From Armatimonadota bacterium (GTDB taxonomy: Bacteria; Armatimonadota; Fimbriimonadia; Fimbriimonadales; GBS-DC), in assembly GCA_037444405.1 (NCBI GenBank), contig JBBIML010000006.1, positions 192,001-256,000 on the forward strand: a DNA stretch of 64,000 bases. The letters run 5' to 3'. The notes under the pieces were generated by a model that had not been told where the DNA came from, did not search any database, and saw only the letters and a list, made by a program, of their open reading frames with translations. The translations under genes were made by a program, and so were the position numbers. Shown one piece after another: positions 20,084 to 31,690 of this stretch; the first letter of the stretch is position 1; each line of letters begins with the position of its first letter.

Positions 20084-23000
20084 ATGGTGGCGGAGGCGGT
20101 GGCGCACTATCTGGAGCGTCTGCAGGCGATTCAGGGGCAGGCGCAGGCGACGGGTGAGCTGTCCTATCATCACGCCCTGCATGAACTGCTCATCACACTC
20201 GCCCAGCCGCAGGGCGCCACCCTCCTGCATGAGCCACGCAAAACAGTCGTGGGCAGACCCGACTTCATTCTGCTCCGCAACGGGATGCCCATCGGCTATC
20301 TGGAGGCGGAGGCGTTCGGCGCCGACCTGGACGCCCTGCAGGGGCACGCGCACCAGCAAACCCGCGCGTTTATCCAGAATTTAGACAACTTTGTGCTGAC
20401 CAACTTTCTGGAGTTTCGGCTCTATCGGGACGGCGAGCTGCAGGCGCGAGCAATGCTTCCCGCCCCGCCCGCGCGCGAGACGGTGCGCCTGTTCCCCGAC
20501 GCGGTGCAGGCTCTGAAAAGCCTGCTGGAGGCTTTTCTGCAGGGCGAGCCACCCGCGATTGCCGACCCCCAGACGCTGGCGCACTATCTGGCGCGGCGCA
20601 CCCGCCAGCTCACCGCCGCGCTCGAAACCCTGCTCGCGCAGAAAGCGGAGACCGACCTGCATAGCCTCTACCGCGCCTTTGAGCGCACGCTCTTGCCCGA
20701 CCTGAAGCCCGAAGAGTTCGCCGACCTCTACGCACAGACGGTTGCCTACGGGCTGTTCGCGGCGCGATGCGCTCAGGCGGATGGCAACGCCTTCAGCCGT
20801 CAGTCCGCTGCCATGCTCATCCCGCCCACCAACCCCTTCCTGCGCCGACTGTTCCAGCTGCTTGCCGCGCATGACCTGCCGCCCACCATCGCCTGGATTG
20901 CCGACGAGATTGCCACCCTGCTCGCCCGCGCCGATATGCTCGCGATTCTGGAAAACTTCGGGCAACGCACGGGCAAAGAAGACCCCATCGTGCATTTCTA
21001 TGAGGACTTCCTTGCTATCTATGACCCCGAACAGCGCGAGATTCGGGGCGTCTACTACACGCCCGAACCTGTCGTGCAGTTCATCGTGCGAGCTGTCGAC
21101 GATGCGCTGCGCCTGTTCTTCGGCAAATCGCATGGGCTGGCTGATGACGAAACGCTGATTTTAGACCCCGCCTGCGGCACGGGCAGCTTCCTGTATGAGG
21201 TGGTTCAGCAGGTGCATCGGCGCGTGGTGGGGCGATTCGGTGGAGGCATCTGGCGCGATTACGCCCGCGAGAGGTTAATCCACCGCCTGTTCGGCTTCGA
21301 GCTGCTGATGGCGCCCTACGCGATTGCCCACCTGAAGCTGGGACTACAACTGCAACAGCTCGGTGTGCCGCTCAACAGCCAGCGGCTGGGCATTTATCTC
21401 ACCAACACGCTGGAGCAGGCGGTCAAGCAGAGCGAGCTGCTGTTCGGCGAGTTCATCACCCGCGAAGCCAACGCCGCAGTCGCCATCAAGCGCGAGAAGC
21501 CCATCCTGGTGGTGCTGGGCAACCCGCCCTACAGCGGGCACTCCGCCAATCGGAGCTACCATGAATATGAGGAGCGCGACGAGCAGGGACGAATCCGCAA
21601 GCGACGCGAACCCACATGGATTGGCAAACTGATAGAAGACTACAAGCAGATCAACGGTCAGTTGCTGGGGGAGCGGAACCCCAAATGGCTGCAGGATGAC
21701 TATGTGAAGTTTATTCGCTTCGCCGAGTGGCGCATTCAGCAGACGGGCGAGGGCATCGTCGCGCTAATTACCAACCACGCCTATCTGGACAACCCCACCT
21801 TCCGCGCGATGCGCCATCATCTCCTGCAGAGCTTCCAGCGGCTCTATATCGTGAACCTGCACGGGAACGCGCGGCGCAAGGAGCGCGCGCCCGACGGCTC
21901 GCCCGACGAAAATGTGTTCGACATCCAGCAGGGCGTCGCGATTCTGATAGCGATTCGGCGGGCGGATGCGGAGCCGGGCGTTTTTTATGTGGATGTGTGG
22001 GGGCGGCGCGCGGAGAAGTACGCCTTTTTGCAGGAGCAGACGCTGGAGCGCGCCGCGTGGACGCGCCTGGAGCCGTCCGAGCCACTCTATCTGTTCGTGC
22101 CGCAGGACACCGCGCTCAAAGCCGAATATCAGCAGGGCTGGCGCATCCCTGATATTTTCCCCGTGCATAGCGTGGGGATTGTAACGGCGCGCGATAAGCT
22201 CACCATCCACCGCACGCGCGAAGCCGTGTGGCAAACGGTGTGCGAGTTCGTGAAGTACGAGGCGGAGCAGGCGCGGTATCTCTTCAAGCTGGGCAAAGAT
22301 GCGCGCGACTGGTCAGTGGCGCGCGCTCAACAGGACCTGCGCGATGCAGGGGTTCCCAACGAAAGCGCGAAGGCGCATATCATCCCCATCCTCTATCGCC
22401 CCTTCGATGTGCGGTACACCTTCTATACGGGACGGGATTGCGGCTTTCACTGCAGACCCCGCTACAAAGTCATGAAAGAACTGCTTGCAGGTGATAATCT
22501 GGTGTTGATCACTGTGCGCCAGCAGTCGCGAATGCAGGACCCCTGGGCGAACGCATTCGTTGCTCAAACGCTTGTGGAGAGCTGTGCGCTTTCAAACTAC
22601 ACGCGCGAAATTGGCTATGTATTTCCCCTCTATATCACCCACACGAATAATCACAGGAACAACAATCATAAAAACAACAGGGATCAGAACGCGCTGGATG
22701 GGCTGGAGGGGCGCGAGCCGAACCTGAATCGGGAGTTCTGGAACGCGCTGGCGCAGCGCATCGGCGAGAAGCCCACGCCTGAGGCAATTCTGGGCTATAT
22801 CTATGCGGTTCTCAACAGCCCCACCTATCGCGCCCGCTACGCTGAGTTCCTGCGCCGCGACTTCCCGCGCGTGTCCCTGCCCCGCGATAAAGAGCAGTTC
22901 GAACAGCTTGCCCATCTGGGACAGCAGCTGATTGACCTCCACACCCTGCGCCGTCCAGGACATCACGAAGTGAGCTGCCGATACCCTGTGGAAGGCGATA

Positions 23001-23251
23001 ATCGCGTTCAGAAAGTGCGCTATGATGAGGTGAATCAGCGACTCTACATCAACGCGGAGCAGTTTTTCGCGCCTGTGCCGCCTGAGGTGTGGGCGTTCCG
23101 CGTGGGTGGTTATGCCGTGTGTGAGAAGTGGCTGACCGAACGGCGCGGGCAGAAGCTCTCGCTGGACGAACGCCTCGACTTCCTGCGCATCATCACGGCG
23201 ATTGCAGAAACCCTGCGCCTGCAGGCGGAGATCGACTCGTGGCTGGAGTAG
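20084..23251 (+). CDS. Single-polypeptide restriction-modification enzyme (type IIG/ISP-like N6-adenine MTase, no helicase)
   Basis: N-terminal PD...EAE nuclease-like motif, GVYYTP, DPACGTG, GNPPY, C-terminal YRPFD/DFPRV specificity region. Confidence 0.88.
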   Translation: MVAEAVAHYLERLQAIQGQAQATGELSYHHALHELLITLAQPQGATLLHEPRKTVVGRPDFILLRNGMPIGYLEAEAFGADLDALQGHAHQQTRAFIQNLDNFVLTNFLEFRLYRDGELQARAMLPAPPARETVRLFPDAVQALKSLLEAFLQGEPPAIADPQTLAHYLARRTRQLTAALETLLAQKAETDLHSLYRAFERTLLPDLKPEEFADLYAQTVAYGLFAARCAQADGNAFSRQSAAMLIPPTNPFLRRLFQLLAAHDLPPTIAWIADEIATLLARADMLAILENFGQRTGKEDPIVHFYEDFLAIYDPEQREIRGVYYTPEPVVQFIVRAVDDALRLFFGKSHGLADDETLILDPACGTGSFLYEVVQQVHRRVVGRFGGGIWRDYARERLIHRLFGFELLMAPYAIAHLKLGLQLQQLGVPLNSQRLGIYLTNTLEQAVKQSELLFGEFITREANAAVAIKREKPILVVLGNPPYSGHSANRSYHEYEERDEQGRIRKRREPTWIGKLIEDYKQINGQLLGERNPKWLQDDYVKFIRFAEWRIQQTGEGIVALITNHAYLDNPTFRAMRHHLLQSFQRLYIVNLHGNARRKERAPDGSPDENVFDIQQGVAILIAIRRADAEPGVFYVDVWGRRAEKYAFLQEQTLERAAWTRLEPSEPLYLFVPQDTALKAEYQQGWRIPDIFPVHSVGIVTARDKLTIHRTREAVWQTVCEFVKYEAEQARYLFKLGKDARDWSVARAQQDLRDAGVPNESAKAHIIPILYRPFDVRYTFYTGRDCGFHCRPRYKVMKELLAGDNLVLITVRQQSRMQDPWANAFVAQTLVESCALSNYTREIGYVFPLYITHTNNHRNNNHKNNRDQNALDGLEGREPNLNREFWNALAQRIGEKPTPEAILGYIYAVLNSPTYRARYAEFLRRDFPRVSLPRDKEQFEQLAHLGQQLIDLHTLRRPGHHEVSCRYPVEGDNRVQKVRYDEVNQRLYINAEQFFAPVPPEVWAFRVGGYAVCEKWLTERRGQKLSLDERLDFLRIITAIAETLRLQAEIDSWLE

Positions 23252-23270
23252 GTCAGCCCTTCGGGACGCG

Positions 23271-23295
23271 AACTTTCCTTCCTGGAAGGAAAGTT
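23271..23295. terminator. Perfect hairpin between convergent genes
   Basis: AACTTTCCTTCC-T-GGAAGGAAAGTT; a degenerate copy follows at ~23303-23327. Confidence 0.55.
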
Positions 23296-23372
23296 TTGGG
23301 GTAAACTTTCTTTCTGAGAGGGAAAGATGCTGCAGGAGATACTCAGACAGAAAAATAGCACATATCTCCCCA

Positions 23373-24410
23373 TTAGCTGGAAGGCGCGGTGATGATGACC
23401 TTCAGCGCTTCGGCGCGGCGGAGCAGCTCATAGCCTTCCGGAGCCTGCGTCAGCGGCAGACGGTGTGTGATGAGCGACTGCACGGGCAGCCCCGATTCTA
23501 AGAGTCGGAGCGCGTGGCGCATTTCGGTCGGACCCGCCGAGTAGCTGGGAATGAGCCGAATCTCGCTGAAGTAGAGCGTGTGCCAGTCGAGCGGGTAGCG
23601 CACTTCGGGCGGGGCGGGTGTGAACAGCACCAGTGCGCCGTCGGGCGCCACGAGCTGGAAGCCCAGCGCCAGCGCATCGGGCGTGCCCGGACCCACCACC
23701 ACAATCTCCGCGCCGATGCCCTCCGTGAGGGCGCGCACCTGCTGGATGGCGTCTTCATCGCGCGGCACAGGCACGGGCATCGCGCCCAGTGAGCGGGCAA
23801 CCTCCAGCCGATGCGCCAGCCGATCCAGCGCCAGCACCTGCCGCGCACCCCATCGCTGTGCCAGCAGCAGATGCAGAAGCCCCATGACGCCCATGCCGAT
23901 AATCGCGACGCTCATGCCGTGCCGCAACCCCGCCCGCCGCAACGCCTTCACCACGCACGCCAGCGGCTCCACAAAAACCGCCACCTCGTCGGGCAGCTCC
24001 GACTCAGCAGGTAGCGGGATGAAATCGCGCTGCACGATGGGGGCGGGCACGATGAACCGCTCGCTCAGTCCGCCTGGAAAGAGTCGGGTCGTGCGCCATG
24101 TGGGGCAATGCACGAACGCGCTGCGCTGACAGTGGGGGCAGGCGCCGCACGGCGCATGATGATGGACTACCACGCGCGTGCCCGGCTCGAAGCCCTGCAC
24201 GCCCGCGCCAACCGCCTCGATCTCGCCCACCAGCTCATGTCCGGGCACGACGGGCGCCTTGCGGCGCATGTACCAGTCCATGATCTCGCCGCTGCACAGC
24301 CCGCACGCCCGCAGGCGCACCTGTGCCTCGCCCGCCTGAAGTTCAGGGAGTTCGAAACGGCGCCACTGCCATGAGCCGTCTGGCTCCAGCTGCCACGCGC
24401 GTGTCTGCAC
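23373..24410 (-). CDS. Zn-dependent medium-chain alcohol dehydrogenase
   Basis: CGLC, GHE, CGACPHC, GMGVMG; the true start is probably GTG 24410. Confidence 0.88.
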   Translation of the reverse strand: MQTRAWQLEPDGSWQWRRFELPELQAGEAQVRLRACGLCSGEIMDWYMRRKAPVVPGHELVGEIEAVGAGVQGFEPGTRVVVHHHAPCGACPHCQRSAFVHCPTWRTTRLFPGGLSERFIVPAPIVQRDFIPLPAESELPDEVAVFVEPLACVVKALRRAGLRHGMSVAIIGMGVMGLLHLLLAQRWGARQVLALDRLAHRLEVARSLGAMPVPVPRDEDAIQQVRALTEGIGAEIVVVGPGTPDALALGFQLVAPDGALVLFTPAPPEVRYPLDWHTLYFSEIRLIPSYSAGPTEMRHALRLLESGLPVQSLITHRLPLTQAPEGYELLRRAEALKVIITAPSS

Positions 24411-24427
24411 AGCGGGAAGTATACCCA

Positions 24428-24498
24428 GCCCCCTCGCTCCCTTTCCCCCCGCATAGGGGCATGGGCGAGACGCCCATGCCACGCAGTAGGGTGAGGGT
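24428..24498. repeat. REP-like palindromes
   Basis: GGCATGGGCG-AGA-CGCCCATGCC hairpin inside a degenerate CCCTC..CCC/GGGTGAGGG element. Confidence 0.55.
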
Positions 24499-24507
24499 GC
24501 AATCAGC

Positions 24508-26430
<1,923 letters not shown>

Positions 26431-26484
26431 CGGCTCTCAACCCCTTCCATGCCAGTATACCCGACGGGGTACAATAGGCGTGAG

Positions 26485-26772
26485 ATGGCGGCACGAGTGG
26501 GACTGCTGACCGTCGAACTATACATCGGCGGCTGCCAATCGCTCAAGGAGAAGCGGCAGGTGTTGCAGAGCCTGATGGTGCGCCTGCGCAACGAGTTCAA
26601 TCTCGCGATTGCCGAGGTGGATCATCATGACAAGCACCAGCGTGCCTGCCTCGCGATTGCCTGTGTGGGCAACCGCACCGAGCATGTGAATCGGACGCTG
26701 GATATCGTGCTGGAACGCCTCGCCGTCGAAAGCCGTATCTCTCTTATAGAGAGCCAGATCGAACTGCTGTGA
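26485..26772 (+). CDS. ylxP: DUF503/YlxP protein
   Basis: SLKEKR...FNLAIAEV..HD..Q; adjacent to rbfA. Confidence 0.85.
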   Translation: MAARVGLLTVELYIGGCQSLKEKRQVLQSLMVRLRNEFNLAIAEVDHHDKHQRACLAIACVGNRTEHVNRTLDIVLERLAVESRISLIESQIELL

Positions 26773-26788
26773 GAACAGGAGGACGCCG

Positions 26789-27121
26789 ATGGGCGGACGA
26801 TTGGAACGACTGGAATCGCTGTTGACGGAGGAGATCAGTCAGGTTCTTTTGCGCGACCTGCAGGACGAGCATCGCGGGCTGGCGACCATCACGGGCGTCA
26901 AAATCGCGCGGGACCTCTCCCACGCGACGGTTTATGTGAGCATTCTGGGCGATGAAGCGCATCGGCAGAATGTGATTGAGAGCCTGCAACGCGCCTCTGG
27001 CTATATCAAGGGGCTATTAGGCAAGCGGTTGCACCTGAAGCGCATTCCGCGCCTGCAGTTTGTGGATGACCCGTCGCTGCGCCAGGCGGATCGTATCACG
27101 CGCCTGCTCAAAGATGGCTAA
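26789..27121 (+). CDS. rbfA: Ribosome-binding factor A
   Basis: DLSHATVYVS, KRIPRLQFVDD. Confidence 0.92.
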   Translation: MGGRLERLESLLTEEISQVLLRDLQDEHRGLATITGVKIARDLSHATVYVSILGDEAHRQNVIESLQRASGYIKGLLGKRLHLKRIPRLQFVDDPSLRQADRITRLLKDG

Positions 27122-27944
27122 GCCCCGCATCGCCTGGCTGCCAGTGCGACACATCCACGCAATTATCGAGGGGCGGCTCGCGCTCGCCGACTGGCTGGCG
27201 AGCGTGCCTGCCTTTGGCATCGACGCCGTCGAACTCTATCACGGCTTTTTGAGCGAGCAGAACCTGCCCGCCGTTCGCCAGCAGCTCCAGACGCTGGGAT
27301 TGAAGGTGAGCCAGATCACCTGCGCGCCCGATTTCACCAACCCCGACCCTTCGGTGCGTCGGCGCGAGCTGGAGGCGATGCGCCAGCGGGTGGAGTGGGC
27401 AGCCGAGCTCGGCGCGGACGCCGTGCGCGTCACGGCGGGCATGGTGCATGATAACCTCCGCGAGGCGGACGGCATCGCCTATGCGGTGGAGTGCATGGTG
27501 CAACTTGCTGCGTACGCCGTGCCGATGGGCGTCTACCCCTGCTATGAGAACCATTACCGAGACCGCCGCTGGACGCGCGAGGACTTCTCGTTCCTGCCCG
27601 AACGGTTCCTGCGCATTTTCGAGCAGATTGAGCCGACTCCTGTGCGCATCAACTTCGATTTTGCGAACCCGCTGATGGTGGGCGCGGACCCGATCGCGCT
27701 CCTTCGGCGCGTGGTGCATAAGGTTCACCATGTGCATGCGGGCGATCGCCTGCCTGGCGAGTATCAGCATTGCGTGTTGGGCGAGGGCAGGGTTCCTTTT
27801 GAACCGTTATTGCGCATTTTGCGCGACCACGGCTATGCGGGCTATATCAGCATCGAGGACGGTCAATCGGAGGGTGATGCGGGCTTCCGCCGCTCGCTGG
27901 CGTTCCTGCAAGGTGCGATTAATGCGGTGTATGGAGGGCTGTAG
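27114..27944 (+). CDS. Sugar phosphate isomerase/epimerase (xylose isomerase-like TIM barrel)
   Basis: YENH, FDFAN, HVHAGD, SIE motifs. Confidence 0.82.
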   Translation: MAKPRIAWLPVRHIHAIIEGRLALADWLASVPAFGIDAVELYHGFLSEQNLPAVRQQLQTLGLKVSQITCAPDFTNPDPSVRRRELEAMRQRVEWAAELGADAVRVTAGMVHDNLREADGIAYAVECMVQLAAYAVPMGVYPCYENHYRDRRWTREDFSFLPERFLRIFEQIEPTPVRINFDFANPLMVGADPIALLRRVVHKVHHVHAGDRLPGEYQHCVLGEGRVPFEPLLRILRDHGYAGYISIEDGQSEGDAGFRRSLAFLQGAINAVYGGL

Positions 27945-29211
27945 CCTCTGGCTCGGCAGTTGCCCCTCCATTTGGGGGCAGGTTCCGAAAGAGGCGGTCG
28001 TAGGCGTGCAACAGCACGCATTCGCTGCGCTCCCAGCTCAGGCAGTCCAGAAATCGCTTCCGCCCGAACTCGCTCATCTGGCGGCGCCGCTCCTCATCGT
28101 TGAGCAGCGCCAGAATCGTGTCGCCGAACGCTTCGGGGCTGTCGTTGGGCGGTTCGATCAGTGCGTCCTGCGCCGACCACTTGTTCTCGATGCTGCGCGT
28201 CGCTACAATCGGCAGCCCCACTGACATAAATTCGATAATCTTGTTCATCGTGGAGCGGGCGGTGTAGCTGTTGTCGGGGTCGCTGGCGACACCCACATCG
28301 GCGGTACTGAGATAGCGCACCAGCAGTTCCCGATCGCGAATGAAGCCCGTGAAGGTGATGTAGTCCTGCAGATGGAGTTGCTGGCTGAGCGCTTTGACCT
28401 CCTCCAGGCAGTCGCCAGAGCCAATCGCGACGAAATGCACATCGGTGAAGCCGCGCTTATGCACGATATGGTGCGCCGCCTTCACAAAGATGTCGGTGCC
28501 GTCCTGCGGTCCCATCACACCGAGGTAGCACACCAGGTAGCGTTTACCATGCTTGAGTGCGGGGTCCGGCTCCACGGGGTAGAACTCGGAGGCGCGCGGA
28601 CCGCTGCGCACAATCACAATCTTGTCGGGGCGCGCCCGCCCACGCTGGAGCGCGTTCTGACGATACGACTCGTTCATCTCGATAATCATATCGGCGAATC
28701 GGTAGGAGAGCTGTTCGAACCACACCTGTAGGTGATAGAACAGCCTGCGCTTCTTGAACCGCACTTCGTACAGCTCAGGGCACAGGTCGCGATGCTCATA
28801 GACGAACTTCTTACCGCGCAGCTTGTAATACAGCCCGATCAGCCAGAAGATGTCGAGCGGGTTGCCTGCGTGGAACACCTCGAAGCCCTGCTCTTTCAGC
28901 ACGCGGCGACTGAGTCGGAAGGTGTGCCAGAGGCAGTAGAGCGCTTCACGCACGAAGTTGCCCACGCTGTGGGTGGGGGGCAACCTCGGGTAGCGGTAGA
29001 GGTGAATCCCTTCCAGCTCGCAATATTCGGGTTCGTCAGGCGGGCGGGGCGAGATGACCGACACATGGTAGCCGGCGCGGCGCAGCGAAGTGGCAACCTG
29101 CCACATGCGCCGATCGTGAGGCACTGGCAGGTTCTCCAGCACCAGCAACACGCGCCGCGTTGCGTTCATCCCTTGCTGACCCATCTCAGCATTGTTCGGA
29201 TTGTTCAGCAT
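27919..29211 (-). CDS. Glycosyltransferase family 4
   Basis: ENLPVPHDRR, STMNKIIEFM. Confidence 0.88.
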   Translation of the reverse strand: MLNNPNNAEMGQQGMNATRRVLLVLENLPVPHDRRMWQVATSLRRAGYHVSVISPRPPDEPEYCELEGIHLYRYPRLPPTHSVGNFVREALYCLWHTFRLSRRVLKEQGFEVFHAGNPLDIFWLIGLYYKLRGKKFVYEHRDLCPELYEVRFKKRRLFYHLQVWFEQLSYRFADMIIEMNESYRQNALQRGRARPDKIVIVRSGPRASEFYPVEPDPALKHGKRYLVCYLGVMGPQDGTDIFVKAAHHIVHKRGFTDVHFVAIGSGDCLEEVKALSQQLHLQDYITFTGFIRDRELLVRYLSTADVGVASDPDNSYTARSTMNKIIEFMSVGLPIVATRSIENKWSAQDALIEPPNDSPEAFGDTILALLNDEERRRQMSEFGRKRFLDCLSWERSECVLLHAYDRLFRNLPPNGGATAEPEATALHTPH

Positions 29212-30437
29212 ACTAATTCACTCTTTGATGGTTCCTGGACTTCCGATAAATTGGCTCTGTCGGGTGGCATCACAAGGCTCAGTCCCATGCGGTTGCACAC
29301 CTGCTGTACATGCGCCTCAATAGAGAACTGCTGAGCGGTGGCTCTGGCTCCCTCGCCAAGCCGTTTGCGGTGTTGATAGGCGCGTTCGATGAGCCTCGCC
29401 AGTTGCCCGGGGTCGCGCTCGGTCAGCACATAGCCGTTGTAGTCGTCCTTCACCACGCTGGGCAGTCCGCCCACCGCCGTTACGACCGCGGGCAGCCCGC
29501 ACGCCATCGCCTCCAGCAGCGCCATCGGCAACCCTTCCCACAGCGAGGTCAGCACGAACACATCCGCCGATTGATAATACGGTAAAATCGCCTCGCGTGG
29601 CAGCAAGCCTGTCATCTCCACCGCCTCCTGAACGCCATGCTGGGCAATCCACACCCGCACCTGCCCCTCCACCGGGTTATAGTCCTGCGAGCCGCCCACC
29701 AGGATCAGGCGGGCGTTCGGATGAGTCTTTCGAAACTGCGCGAAGCCGGCGATGAGCAGGTCGAGCCCTTTGGAGGCGTCCAGCCGCCCCACGAACAGAA
29801 TGCGCGGCGCGCTCTCGTCGCGTTCGCGCTCTGGCGATGGGCAGTAGCGCTCGGTCTCCACGCCCAGCGGGATGGAATGGAACTTCTCGCGCAGGGCAGG
29901 GAACCGATTCGTGTAGAACTCGTAATCGGCGGGGCTGATCACAATCACTCCCTGCGCTCGCCGAATGACCCGCGCCTCCATCCGATAGAACCACGCGCGG
30001 AACCAGCGCCAGCGGAACAGCGGATGGCTCGTCCAGCGCTCCACGAACACCGATTGACCGTGCGTGTTGAAATAGAGGGGCACATCGTCGTGCAGGAAGG
30101 GTAGCCCATGCTCCGCCCGCTGAATGTAAAGGGGCGCATTCAGAGCCAGAATCTCGCGGCGGAAGCGGCGCAACGCCCGCACGAAGCGAGCATTAAGCGG
30201 GATGCGCGAACGGCGCTGACGCGCCTCATCCACAAACAGAATCGGCAGAAACGGGCGCTCGATGGCGCCCAGCAGAATACGGCTCCATTCGCCAATCGGC
30301 TGAGAGGCGTCAAGGGTCAAGCCGACGATAAAGACCTCCACAGGCGCGTAACGGGCGAAGTTCTTGGCGTACTCCAGCACACCCCCCATCGGATAGCCCC
30401 GAAAATCGCCACTGTAAATCAGCACCAGTCGGCTCAT
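29205..30437 (-). CDS. Glycosyltransferase family 4
   Basis: FVGRL..KG, EGLPMALLEAMACG (EX7E). Confidence 0.88.
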   Translation of the reverse strand: MSRLVLIYSGDFRGYPMGGVLEYAKNFARYAPVEVFIVGLTLDASQPIGEWSRILLGAIERPFLPILFVDEARQRRSRIPLNARFVRALRRFRREILALNAPLYIQRAEHGLPFLHDDVPLYFNTHGQSVFVERWTSHPLFRWRWFRAWFYRMEARVIRRAQGVIVISPADYEFYTNRFPALREKFHSIPLGVETERYCPSPERERDESAPRILFVGRLDASKGLDLLIAGFAQFRKTHPNARLILVGGSQDYNPVEGQVRVWIAQHGVQEAVEMTGLLPREAILPYYQSADVFVLTSLWEGLPMALLEAMACGLPAVVTAVGGLPSVVKDDYNGYVLTERDPGQLARLIERAYQHRKRLGEGARATAQQFSIEAHVQQVCNRMGLSLVMPPDRANLSEVQEPSKSELVC

Positions 30438-31690
30438 CGGCTCACCCCCTGATCCGACACGCCTGCCGACACAGGTGTTGCAGATGGCCCGTTCGGCAGC
30501 AGATGGTCATAGAACTCTATGAGCTTCTTCTTGCTATGCTCCCAGCTGAGGCATTCTAAAAAGCGTTTGCGTCCGAACTCGCCCATGTGGGCGCGGCGTT
30601 CAGGGTCGTTGAGCAGTTCGATAATCGCCTGTGCGAAGGCACGCTCGTCATTATTGGGCACATAGACCGCTGCGTCCTGCGCCGAATAGCGCGACTCCTT
30701 GAGATCGAACGACACAATCGGCAGCCCGATCGCCATGTATTCGATTACCTTGTTCATCGTGGAGACATCGTTCAGCGGGTTGAGCGGGTCGGGCGCGAGG
30801 GCGACATCGGCGGTGGAGAAGTAGCGCAACACCTCTTCATCGGGGATGCGCCCGGTGAACTCCACGAATTCGTTCAGGCGCAGGTCGTGGCACATCTGCA
30901 CCAGGTCAGGAAACATATCGCCGCCGCCAATCAGCGCGAAGTGGAGCTCGGTATGATTGAAAGTGTAGACCACATGGTGGATGGCGCGCAGGAGGTAATC
31001 CACGCCATCCTGTGCGCCCATCACGCCCAGATACACGCCCAGATAGCGTCGCCCGCGTTTGAGGCTGGGGTCCGGTTCCACGCGCTTGAACTGGCTTGCC
31101 ATCGGTCCGCTGCGCACAATGGTGATGCGTTCTGGCGGGATGCCGCCCCGTTCCATCGCCACGCGCCGATACGATTCGTTGGGCATGATCACGCCGTCTG
31201 CCGTGCGATAGGTCTGCTTCTCCAGCCACAGAAGCCCCTTATAGAGCAGTCCGCGCTTACCAAAGCGTGATTCATACAGCTCCGGGCAAAGATCGTGCTG
31301 GTCATACACGAACTTGACGCCCCTGCGCTTGTACCAGCGGGCAATCGCCCAGAAGGTATCGGGCGGGTTGCAGGTGTGGATGACATCGATGCCCTGCTCG
31401 CGCGCGACTCGCCGTGTGAGCCGCCATGTGTGCAGCCAGCAGTAGATGAACTCGTAAAAGAAGCTGAAGATACTGCGCGTAGGGGGCGGCATCGGATAGC
31501 GGTAGAGATACACGCCCTGCAGCTCCATATACTCCGGTTCATCGGGCGGGCGGGGCGAGATGACTGACACCTTATACCCTGCCTCGGTGAGCGCCAGCGA
31601 TTCCTGCCACACGCGCCTGTCCATCGGCACGGGCAGGTTCTCCACAAGTATCAAGATGCTCCCCTTGCAGTTACCAGTACAGTCCGACAT
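30434..31690 (-). CDS. Glycosyltransferase family 4 (paralog of 27919..29211)
   Basis: ENLPVPMDRR, STMNKVIEYM. Confidence 0.88.
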   Translation of the reverse strand: MSDCTGNCKGSILILVENLPVPMDRRVWQESLALTEAGYKVSVISPRPPDEPEYMELQGVYLYRYPMPPPTRSIFSFFYEFIYCWLHTWRLTRRVAREQGIDVIHTCNPPDTFWAIARWYKRRGVKFVYDQHDLCPELYESRFGKRGLLYKGLLWLEKQTYRTADGVIMPNESYRRVAMERGGIPPERITIVRSGPMASQFKRVEPDPSLKRGRRYLGVYLGVMGAQDGVDYLLRAIHHVVYTFNHTELHFALIGGGDMFPDLVQMCHDLRLNEFVEFTGRIPDEEVLRYFSTADVALAPDPLNPLNDVSTMNKVIEYMAIGLPIVSFDLKESRYSAQDAAVYVPNNDERAFAQAIIELLNDPERRAHMGEFGRKRFLECLSWEHSKKKLIEFYDHLLPNGPSATPVSAGVSDQGVSR

